Shown: positions 1 to 8,722 of the stretch, one piece after another
How positions within the stretch are numbered: position 1 is the first letter of the stretch
Layout of the letters: each line of letters starts with the position of its first letter
NCBI GenBank assembly: GCA_964304625.1
Contig: OZ199838.1
Span: forward strand, 3,794,705-3,858,704
Length of the DNA stretch: 64,000 bases
Reading direction: 5' to 3'
Source of the DNA: Kudoa neothunni
Taxonomy: Eukaryota; Animalia; Cnidaria
Position numbers and translations under genes: made by a program
The notes under the pieces: generated by a model
What the model was told of the DNA's origin: nothing
What the model saw: the letters and a program-made list of their open reading frames with translations, nothing else
Database searches by the model: none

Positions 1-2966
1 AGAATTTGAATTTAAACTCGAGCTGGGTTTTAAAATGGAAGAAATTAAATTGTCGCAAGTGGCATCAGTTAAAGTAGGGTTCGAAGACGAAGCACCTACA
101 TTTAAATTGTTATTTAAATTTAGATCGTTATTTAAATTAGAGTTTAAAGTTGAAGGGGAACTTGGAGTTGGCGCAATAATAGTGTCAATTTCGGGTGGAA
201 TGTCATTTAAAATTTGCTTAATTTTCTTAACAATAGGTGTAATTTGAGAATTAGGAATAGAAATAGGCTCACTTTGGTCATTGATAACAATGACTTCAGG
301 AGCATTTAAATTTGAATTTAAATTTGAATTATTAACAGTATTAGACTGAGGGGAAGCAGCCACTCCTATAGGGTTGGATAAAACAGAGGCAATATTCGCT
401 GCAGATGCAGAACACCATACAGGAGTAGCTTGAGTTATTTCCCTATAGCAGCGCTTACGATTACAATTATATAAACCTCTCAGACGTTTAGCTAGTGCTT
501 TTCGATCTTGCGCGGGAGTTCTGGGAATATTAACTAGTGGTTTAATTTTAGAAGTATTAGAATTTGAATTATTAAGATTTTTAGATTTATTAGAATCAGC
601 GTCACACTTAAAAGGGGTGAAAAACAACCCCAATTCTTGTGCTCGCTGGGAACAAATTTCCATTAACTTGGCATAAAGCACAGTGACATCTCCAATAGTA
701 CGACTATTGAAAACATCACAAAGCTGCAAAGATGTAGCTTTAAGCAGTTCCTCCTGTTCTGCTTTGCGCTGACGGTAGTCTTTCTTAACATTAACTATTG
801 CGCTATCTATAGCATTATCATTAACGTTAAGTTCGGCGTTAAGTGCGGCGTTATTGGTGGAGGGAGATTCCAGAACATTCGCATCGTTACCAGCATTACT
901 TCCAACAACGATAACGTCACCGTTATCGTCATCTTCAGCAACACCGCCATCATTCGAAGCTCCTGGAAGATTAATTTCTAAACTATCAGAACTAATATTA
1001 GGATTATTAGCTGCTGCAGTCATTGCCTCATTTAAAAATTTACTAAGGCCAAACGAAACAATAGATTCGTCTGGTTCAATTAAAGCTTCTTTAATTTCAC
1101 CTAAAAAAGTCACTGAGTCGTCGAGATTGCTCTCGGTTTCCTTAGCGAATTTAACATTAGAATTCATTAAAAGCGAATCTAGTTTTTTCTTAAAAGAGGC
1201 ACCAGTGGGTTGCGCGTACTCCCGTTTAGTTGGAATATTAATGCTAATCGAAGAGTCCATAACTGCTCTTGGACGCTTAGATCGCGGAAAATAAAGGTCT
1301 CCTGCATTAGCAGGAGGTTTAATATTGTTAAAATTAATATTAGGATTAAGGCGCGGGTTAGTTAAATCATTATTTAACAGTAAAGAATTAAAATCGCTGT
1401 CTGTAAAATATAAATAATCAAAAATCTCTGTCCTTTCGGAGAGAGTTTTTGAACTTAATGTGGAAGAGTTATTGATGAGGAAGTTTTGTAAATTAGTTAA
1501 GTAAAAAGGGTCACTATTAATACTAGCAGTAGGAATACTACTATTTAATGAATAAATGTTAAAATTGGACTTGGGCGGCGGGGAACCAGCCTCATTTAAT
1601 TCATTAAGTGACTTCATTAAGTTGGATTTAATGTTAAAATTAGGTTGATTAAAACTAGAATCAACCATCGTTTGTTCCAGTAAAACAACATCAGATTGGT
1701 TATCCAAAGGGGGAATAATTCCAGCTTTAGTTAACTCGTCAGACGCCGTATTCAAATTTAAGTTTAAGTTTAAGTTTGAATTAGAATTAAAATCATGATT
1801 AAGATTAGTAAAAGGTAAATTAGAATTGGAATTAGTAAAGTTAAGTGATGTTAAATCAACAGCCAAGTCAGTGTGATCCATAGTACTATTTAACGTTAAC
1901 ACACAGTTGTCAACTTCCAACATAGCTTCACTCACAACTTCCACGTTAGGGGAAGCCGATTGCTCATCTACATCTTCAGTCACAACAAAATCATCATCAT
2001 TAACATTAAAAAGATCACCCATCATCGATTGCCGTTGCGACTTAGTCGCCAAGACATCAATAACAGGGACATTAACACTAACATTACGTAAAGTTACATC
2101 GTGAGGTTGCTGAGTACTACTAACTAAAGTTACGTTATCATTAATGATATTAATGACATCATCAGCACAAACAGCTCCAACACTCGCAACAACAACAACA
2201 TCAGCAGATTCAGATTCACCAGAACCATCATTATCAACTGACTTTGCTGTGATGGAGGTTGTACCTGATTGCACATCAGTGTCAGCACTAGAGCCTAAAA
2301 ACTTTTCATTAGCGATTAAAACATCATTATATTGATTAAGTTTAGCAGAATTGTTGTTAAAATTGTTGAAATATATGGTCAAATCTGCCGTTATTTCAAC
2401 GGCGCCATCGGCCAAAATTAACTCATCAGGAAAAGTCCCGTGAGTGTACTCATCACGAACAAGGTTGCAGAACTTGTTCAGTGATGTGTTTAAAATTGTT
2501 TTATTGCGACGAATCGCAGTTAAAATGCGCTTTCTTTCTTTGGACGATTTCTCGTCCAAAGTCGCAAATGCGGCGGCGCAGTTAGAAGATGGCTCGTTTT
2601 CGAGGGCAATCAACTCAGTTTGTAATTTAAGGATTCGCTCGCTAACACGGTGGTAGTCTGCTGCACCCAAACACAAAGCAGGAAGCTTCTTGCCTCGGCC
2701 ACGGCCCTTTAAATAGGCTTGAAAATAAACGTGCAATGCTCGTCTATTCTCGTCGCCCATGCTTTAAGTTAAAATGGACAAAATTCCGCGATAAATCGCT
2801 CAATTTTAATACTTAAAGCAACCCCACTAAAAAGCTATGTGGATCGTTAGATGCGCAAAAAAGAGCTCTATCAAACGATACCAACAAGTTTTTAATAAAA
2901 AAATTACTTGGGGGAGAAAAACCCAAAACAACTGATCCCGACGCGACTTGAACGCGCAACCGCCCG
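1..2966 (-). mobile_element. Second tandem copy of the same retrotransposon (5' part; truncated by window edge)
   Basis: 1-2966 matches 5718-8683 with no difference noticed. ATG at 2760; the ORF runs off the left edge of the window. Confidence 0.95.
2933..2966 (-). pseudogene. tRNA-Trp 3' half (nt 40-73) at the junction between tandem copies
   Basis: Same as 8650-8683. Upstream on the minus strand lies the element 3' end (..ATAATTA) instead of the tRNA 5' half (..CCAGAT). Confidence 0.93.
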
Positions 2967-3083
2967 TAATTATACAATATGGTATCTACGAGATAAACTA
3001 AAAATTTTATACTAATGATAGAGTTATGTCAAATTTCAGGCGTCGGAACTCATCGGGTATCATCGGTTAGAGGGGACAATTCT

Positions 3084-6000
3084 TCACGCCGTCCCCGGAC
3101 GGGGGACAGCGGGTTGGGATTTTGACAAAGAAGCCATTTGAATATTTGTAGTGGGCGGTTTGGGATTTGGTTGGCTTCTTGCTTGAGTGGTGGTGGATGG
3201 AGCCGGACCAGCATTTAAATTTAGACGTGGGGGGTTTCTCTTACGGACATGGTTGTACCATACCGCTCGAGAGCCCTCCAAAATGGAAAGAGTTATCCTC
3301 TTGCTGAGCCTCTTCTGCTTATGCATCGAGATCCCAACAAGAAGATAACCCTCGCGGTTAAGTGAGTGGTGTGACCCAAGAGAACCGTAAACCAAAGCGC
3401 TGCAACTAACTTTGTAGCCTAGATTCTCAAGAGCCGCCTTCTCGGGTAAATATTTGGCTATTTTAGTTATTCTAGCCTGGTCAAGTCGGCGGGAATTAGC
3501 TTCGTAACTTACAGTTACATCCACTATCTTCACCTCCTTCTTGACGCGATTAAAAATAACTATATCTGGTCGGCGGGTGGAAGAAATAACTGGGATTCTC
3601 TGGTCGTAGAGAACTTCCCAGGACTTACCTTCGGGTTTGATCATTTTAATGAGCTCCTCCATAACATTGTTATGGCGCAACTGTATGAGGGACTGCCCAT
3701 GAGGACACGAATTAAGGACATGGCCCAAAGATTCAATGTCACACGGACAGTGTCTACATTTTGCGTCAGGAACTGACTTGGCACGTTTTAAAGCGTATCT
3801 GGTGGGAAGAGTATTAGCACGACCCATGACAGCGAACCTATAAACAGGGGTAGATACGTTACCAGTTCGCAGCCATGAATTGGCCTCCTTCAACCCAGAA
3901 AAACACTCCACAGATCTCCCCTGATCAGGAAGCGCTTTCCAGTTACGCAGGAATATTAATTGATTATGCCATCGAAGCCTGCGAATTCGAGTGGCGGTTA
4001 CTTTATATCGTTCTGGAACAAACGATGGATCATTAAGTGTAGACAAGTCCAAATCCACACTCATATGATCTTCCTCATCACGCAGGTTAAATTTTATACC
4101 AGCAGATTTGCGATTAAGGCGTAGAGAAGAGAGCAGACTTCTTACATCCCTAATACGGCCAATCTCCTGGTCAAGATTAAGGTAGTCGACAGCGTTTAAT
4201 GTGGAATTGGTTCTTCGACTGATGATTTCATCTAGTGACTCACGAGCTATATTCTTGATCCTATCGTCTCCAGAATGAAGAACGTTAAGACCAGAAGCTA
4301 GTCGAAGAGCCACATAGTCCTTGTGAAGGTTTCGAAGGCCCAATCCACCAAGATTAACGGGGGTGAATAGTTGCGCTTTAGTATGACAATTAGGGAGTTG
4401 CAACCACTGACGAACATGCTTGACGACAAGCCTGTCCGTCCTTTTTAAATCCTCAATTTTTAAACAGTTATTTTTGAGGGTAAAGTCTAGAGTTGGATAA
4501 AGATAAACTCGCAACAACTCTAGCTTCATAAATGGCAGCAACAGCGCATTTGATAATTTAATAAAATTAGCCTCAAACTCTTTAATAGCAGGCAAAGGAT
4601 CTTTAAATGAATTCAGATCTTTACAAGTACCTAAATACTTATAAAAATCTTCCATCATCGGGATCGGTTGTTGCTGAAGAGTGAGGGGAATTAAGGAAGG
4701 GTCGTTGACTACACGTCTGCCGTTTTTCTTAAAAACACTTAAGGAAGCGCATTTGTTAATATTAACTGAAAGAGAATTTTCAGAACAAAAATCCTCAAAT
4801 TTAGTTAATAAAGAACTAATCTCGGTTCTTTCATTGGCCAAAATCACAATGTCATCTGCATAACAGAGGGCACCGATCTTTTGACCACGCAAACTATAAC
4901 CTAGATTAGAAACGTCAACCTTCTTAAGGTATTTATCTATAATTAGATTAAAAAGAAGTGGAGACATGGGACAACCTTGTCTCACACCTCTACCATTCGG
5001 CAGAACTCTCGCGGTAGCACCAGTGCTATCGCGGGCAAGGGAAAAGCATTTTTCATACAAATTAGAGATAAAATTGATGACATTGATATTGACGTTACGC
5101 TCTCTAAGTTCGTTTAAAACTAAATGGTGGGGAACAGAATCAAAAGCTTTACGAATGTCCACCCAGACAGCCGAAAGCTTTTTGCTACCCCGGCGAGTAT
5201 CATCAAGAATTTCTTGAAGAGTGAATGCATGCTCAACACATCCATCACCTTCTTGAAATCCTTTCTGAGAAGGGGAAAGTTTAATTAGTTTGGCCAACTT
5301 GCGGTTAACCACAGACATAAAAACTCTATAGAGCGTCTGAGTGACACTAATAGGTCGATAGTCAAGTGGGTCATTAGAATTTGGAGTGGGAGATTTGGGA
5401 AGAAGCACCAAACGGGATTCTAGCCAATCCTCCGGAATCTTACCTTGTTCTAGAATTAAATTAAACAGAGGCGTCATAATAAACTCCGCAAAAGGAAGTC
5501 TCTTCCAGAACAACATCTGGATACCATCGGTACCGGGAGATGTGTCCCTCTTGGCCCTTTCGAGCGCAAGAGCCACCTCTTCTTCTTTAATAATAAAAGA
5601 AGGTGTGAACTCATCATCATTAACTGATTCTGAGGACACGTTAAGATTGGGAATTTGATTTAAATTTAAATTATCATTTAAACTGGAATTAACTCTAGTT
5701 ACGTCCTTATTTAAATTAGAATTTGAATTTAAACTCGAGCTGGGTTTTAAAATGGAAGAAATTAAATTGTCGCAAGTGGCATCAGTTAAAGTAGGGTTCG
5801 AAGACGAAGCACCTACATTTAAATTGTTATTTAAATTTAGATCGTTATTTAAATTAGAGTTTAAAGTTGAAGGGGAACTTGGAGTTGGCGCAATAATAGT
5901 GTCAATTTCGGGTGGAATGTCATTTAAAATTTGCTTAATTTTCTTAACAATAGGTGTAATTTGAGAATTAGGAATAGAAATAGGCTCACTTTGGTCATTG

Positions 6001-8477
6001 ATAACAATGACTTCAGGAGCATTTAAATTTGAATTTAAATTTGAATTATTAACAGTATTAGACTGAGGGGAAGCAGCCACTCCTATAGGGTTGGATAAAA
6101 CAGAGGCAATATTCGCTGCAGATGCAGAACACCATACAGGAGTAGCTTGAGTTATTTCCCTATAGCAGCGCTTACGATTACAATTATATAAACCTCTCAG
6201 ACGTTTAGCTAGTGCTTTTCGATCTTGCGCGGGAGTTCTGGGAATATTAACTAGTGGTTTAATTTTAGAAGTATTAGAATTTGAATTATTAAGATTTTTA
6301 GATTTATTAGAATCAGCGTCACACTTAAAAGGGGTGAAAAACAACCCCAATTCTTGTGCTCGCTGGGAACAAATTTCCATTAACTTGGCATAAAGCACAG
6401 TGACATCTCCAATAGTACGACTATTGAAAACATCACAAAGCTGCAAAGATGTAGCTTTAAGCAGTTCCTCCTGTTCTGCTTTGCGCTGACGGTAGTCTTT
6501 CTTAACATTAACTATTGCGCTATCTATAGCATTATCATTAACGTTAAGTTCGGCGTTAAGTGCGGCGTTATTGGTGGAGGGAGATTCCAGAACATTCGCA
6601 TCGTTACCAGCATTACTTCCAACAACGATAACGTCACCGTTATCGTCATCTTCAGCAACACCGCCATCATTCGAAGCTCCTGGAAGATTAATTTCTAAAC
6701 TATCAGAACTAATATTAGGATTATTAGCTGCTGCAGTCATTGCCTCATTTAAAAATTTACTAAGGCCAAACGAAACAATAGATTCGTCTGGTTCAATTAA
6801 AGCTTCTTTAATTTCACCTAAAAAAGTCACTGAGTCGTCGAGATTGCTCTCGGTTTCCTTAGCGAATTTAACATTAGAATTCATTAAAAGCGAATCTAGT
6901 TTTTTCTTAAAAGAGGCACCAGTGGGTTGCGCGTACTCCCGTTTAGTTGGAATATTAATGCTAATCGAAGAGTCCATAACTGCTCTTGGACGCTTAGATC
7001 GCGGAAAATAAAGGTCTCCTGCATTAGCAGGAGGTTTAATATTGTTAAAATTAATATTAGGATTAAGGCGCGGGTTAGTTAAATCATTATTTAACAGTAA
7101 AGAATTAAAATCGCTGTCTGTAAAATATAAATAATCAAAAATCTCTGTCCTTTCGGAGAGAGTTTTTGAACTTAATGTGGAAGAGTTATTGATGAGGAAG
7201 TTTTGTAAATTAGTTAAGTAAAAAGGGTCACTATTAATACTAGCAGTAGGAATACTACTATTTAATGAATAAATGTTAAAATTGGACTTGGGCGGCGGGG
7301 AACCAGCCTCATTTAATTCATTAAGTGACTTCATTAAGTTGGATTTAATGTTAAAATTAGGTTGATTAAAACTAGAATCAACCATCGTTTGTTCCAGTAA
7401 AACAACATCAGATTGGTTATCCAAAGGGGGAATAATTCCAGCTTTAGTTAACTCGTCAGACGCCGTATTCAAATTTAAGTTTAAGTTTAAGTTTGAATTA
7501 GAATTAAAATCATGATTAAGATTAGTAAAAGGTAAATTAGAATTGGAATTAGTAAAGTTAAGTGATGTTAAATCAACAGCCAAGTCAGTGTGATCCATAG
7601 TACTATTTAACGTTAACACACAGTTGTCAACTTCCAACATAGCTTCACTCACAACTTCCACGTTAGGGGAAGCCGATTGCTCATCTACATCTTCAGTCAC
7701 AACAAAATCATCATCATTAACATTAAAAAGATCACCCATCATCGATTGCCGTTGCGACTTAGTCGCCAAGACATCAATAACAGGGACATTAACACTAACA
7801 TTACGTAAAGTTACATCGTGAGGTTGCTGAGTACTACTAACTAAAGTTACGTTATCATTAATGATATTAATGACATCATCAGCACAAACAGCTCCAACAC
7901 TCGCAACAACAACAACATCAGCAGATTCAGATTCACCAGAACCATCATTATCAACTGACTTTGCTGTGATGGAGGTTGTACCTGATTGCACATCAGTGTC
8001 AGCACTAGAGCCTAAAAACTTTTCATTAGCGATTAAAACATCATTATATTGATTAAGTTTAGCAGAATTGTTGTTAAAATTGTTGAAATATATGGTCAAA
8101 TCTGCCGTTATTTCAACGGCGCCATCGGCCAAAATTAACTCATCAGGAAAAGTCCCGTGAGTGTACTCATCACGAACAAGGTTGCAGAACTTGTTCAGTG
8201 ATGTGTTTAAAATTGTTTTATTGCGACGAATCGCAGTTAAAATGCGCTTTCTTTCTTTGGACGATTTCTCGTCCAAAGTCGCAAATGCGGCGGCGCAGTT
8301 AGAAGATGGCTCGTTTTCGAGGGCAATCAACTCAGTTTGTAATTTAAGGATTCGCTCGCTAACACGGTGGTAGTCTGCTGCACCCAAACACAAAGCAGGA
8401 AGCTTCTTGCCTCGGCCACGGCCCTTTAAATAGGCTTGAAAATAAACGTGCAATGCTCGTCTATTCTCGTCGCCCAT
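3084..8477 (-). CDS. Retrotransposon polyprotein: long Asn-rich N-terminus, reverse transcriptase, CCHC zinc knuckle, restriction-like (PD..D) endonuclease
   Basis: RT motifs SPGTDGI, YRPISV, QKGF, VDIRKAFDSV, GVRQGCPMSPLLFN, YADD (4851-4862), KYLG, GGLG. Then NTLPT, CRHC-x8-H-x4-C, RHN, RRPDIVI, IVDVTV, KIAKY, GSLG: the RT-CCHC-RLE architecture of R2/NeSL/Utopia-type elements. ORF uninterrupted. Confidence 0.96.
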   Translation of the reverse strand: MGDENRRALHVYFQAYLKGRGRGKKLPALCLGAADYHRVSERILKLQTELIALENEPSSNCAAAFATLDEKSSKERKRILTAIRRNKTILNTSLNKFCNLVRDEYTHGTFPDELILADGAVEITADLTIYFNNFNNNSAKLNQYNDVLIANEKFLGSSADTDVQSGTTSITAKSVDNDGSGESESADVVVVASVGAVCADDVINIINDNVTLVSSTQQPHDVTLRNVSVNVPVIDVLATKSQRQSMMGDLFNVNDDDFVVTEDVDEQSASPNVEVVSEAMLEVDNCVLTLNSTMDHTDLAVDLTSLNFTNSNSNLPFTNLNHDFNSNSNLNLNLNLNTASDELTKAGIIPPLDNQSDVVLLEQTMVDSSFNQPNFNIKSNLMKSLNELNEAGSPPPKSNFNIYSLNSSIPTASINSDPFYLTNLQNFLINNSSTLSSKTLSERTEIFDYLYFTDSDFNSLLLNNDLTNPRLNPNINFNNIKPPANAGDLYFPRSKRPRAVMDSSISINIPTKREYAQPTGASFKKKLDSLLMNSNVKFAKETESNLDDSVTFLGEIKEALIEPDESIVSFGLSKFLNEAMTAAANNPNISSDSLEINLPGASNDGGVAEDDDNGDVIVVGSNAGNDANVLESPSTNNAALNAELNVNDNAIDSAIVNVKKDYRQRKAEQEELLKATSLQLCDVFNSRTIGDVTVLYAKLMEICSQRAQELGLFFTPFKCDADSNKSKNLNNSNSNTSKIKPLVNIPRTPAQDRKALAKRLRGLYNCNRKRCYREITQATPVWCSASAANIASVLSNPIGVAASPQSNTVNNSNLNSNLNAPEVIVINDQSEPISIPNSQITPIVKKIKQILNDIPPEIDTIIAPTPSSPSTLNSNLNNDLNLNNNLNVGASSSNPTLTDATCDNLISSILKPSSSLNSNSNLNKDVTRVNSSLNDNLNLNQIPNLNVSSESVNDDEFTPSFIIKEEEVALALERAKRDTSPGTDGIQMLFWKRLPFAEFIMTPLFNLILEQGKIPEDWLESRLVLLPKSPTPNSNDPLDYRPISVTQTLYRVFMSVVNRKLAKLIKLSPSQKGFQEGDGCVEHAFTLQEILDDTRRGSKKLSAVWVDIRKAFDSVPHHLVLNELRERNVNINVINFISNLYEKCFSLARDSTGATARVLPNGRGVRQGCPMSPLLFNLIIDKYLKKVDVSNLGYSLRGQKIGALCYADDIVILANERTEISSLLTKFEDFCSENSLSVNINKCASLSVFKKNGRRVVNDPSLIPLTLQQQPIPMMEDFYKYLGTCKDLNSFKDPLPAIKEFEANFIKLSNALLLPFMKLELLRVYLYPTLDFTLKNNCLKIEDLKRTDRLVVKHVRQWLQLPNCHTKAQLFTPVNLGGLGLRNLHKDYVALRLASGLNVLHSGDDRIKNIARESLDEIISRRTNSTLNAVDYLNLDQEIGRIRDVRSLLSSLRLNRKSAGIKFNLRDEEDHMSVDLDLSTLNDPSFVPERYKVTATRIRRLRWHNQLIFLRNWKALPDQGRSVECFSGLKEANSWLRTGNVSTPVYRFAVMGRANTLPTRYALKRAKSVPDAKCRHCPCDIESLGHVLNSCPHGQSLIQLRHNNVMEELIKMIKPEGKSWEVLYDQRIPVISSTRRPDIVIFNRVKKEVKIVDVTVSYEANSRRLDQARITKIAKYLPEKAALENLGYKVSCSALVYGSLGSHHSLNREGYLLVGISMHKQKRLSKRITLSILEGSRAVWYNHVRKRNPPRLNLNAGPAPSTTTQARSQPNPKPPTTNIQMASLSKSQPAVPRPGTA

Positions 8478-8612
8478 GCTTTAAGTTAAAATGGACAAAA
8501 TTCCGCGATAAATCGCTCAATTTTAATACTTAAAGCAACCCCACTAAAAAGCTATGTGGATCGTTAGATGCGCAAAAAAGAGCTCTATCAAACGATACCA
8601 ACAAGTTTTTAA

Positions 8613-8645
8613 TAAAAAAATTACTTGGGGGAGAAAAACCCAAAA
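8613..8645 (-). terminator. Oligo-T Pol III terminators downstream of tRNA-Trp, inside the repeated unit (also at ~2896-2928)
   Basis: Minus strand after discriminator A73: GTTG TTTT GGG TTTTT CTCCCCCAAGTAA TTTTTTT. Confidence 0.75.
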
Positions 8646-8649
8646 CAAC

Positions 8650-8722
8650 TGATCCCGACGCGACTTGAACGCGCAACCGCCCGATCTGGAGTCGGACGCT
8701 CTGCCAATTGAGCTACGGAACC
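8650..8722 (-). tRNA. trnW: tRNA-Trp(CCA), intact 73 nt, no intron
   Basis: GGTTCCG TA GCTC AATTGGCA GAGC G TCCGA CTCCAGA TCGGG CGGTT GCGCG TTCAAGT CGCGT CGGGATC A folds into a full cloverleaf with anticodon CCA. A and B boxes are present. Confidence 0.95.

Larger units (their letters stand above)
2967..8683 (-). mobile_element. Full-length non-LTR retrotransposon (RLE-type, R2/NeSL-like), complete array unit of 5717 bp, associated with tRNA-Trp
   Basis: Unit defined by the repeat offset of 5717 (e.g. 35 vs 5752, 2760 vs 8477). On the minus strand it begins CGGGCGGTTGCGCG (tRNA nt 40 onward, 8683). It then has a ~206 nt 5' region, one 1797 aa ORF and a 117 nt 3' UTR ending ...GTATAATTA at 2967. 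No poly(A) tail. Confidence 0.95.

Noticed and set aside
3030-3070. Hammerhead ribozyme-like CCGATGA...GAAA in the element 3' UTR
   Set aside because: The core is CCGAUGA rather than CUGANGA, stem II cannot close with G-C before GAAA, and no flanking stems I/III were found.
35-8373. Many plus-strand ORFs (60-146 aa) over the retrotransposon
   Set aside because: Antisense shadows of the long minus-strand ORF; duplicated only because the unit is duplicated.
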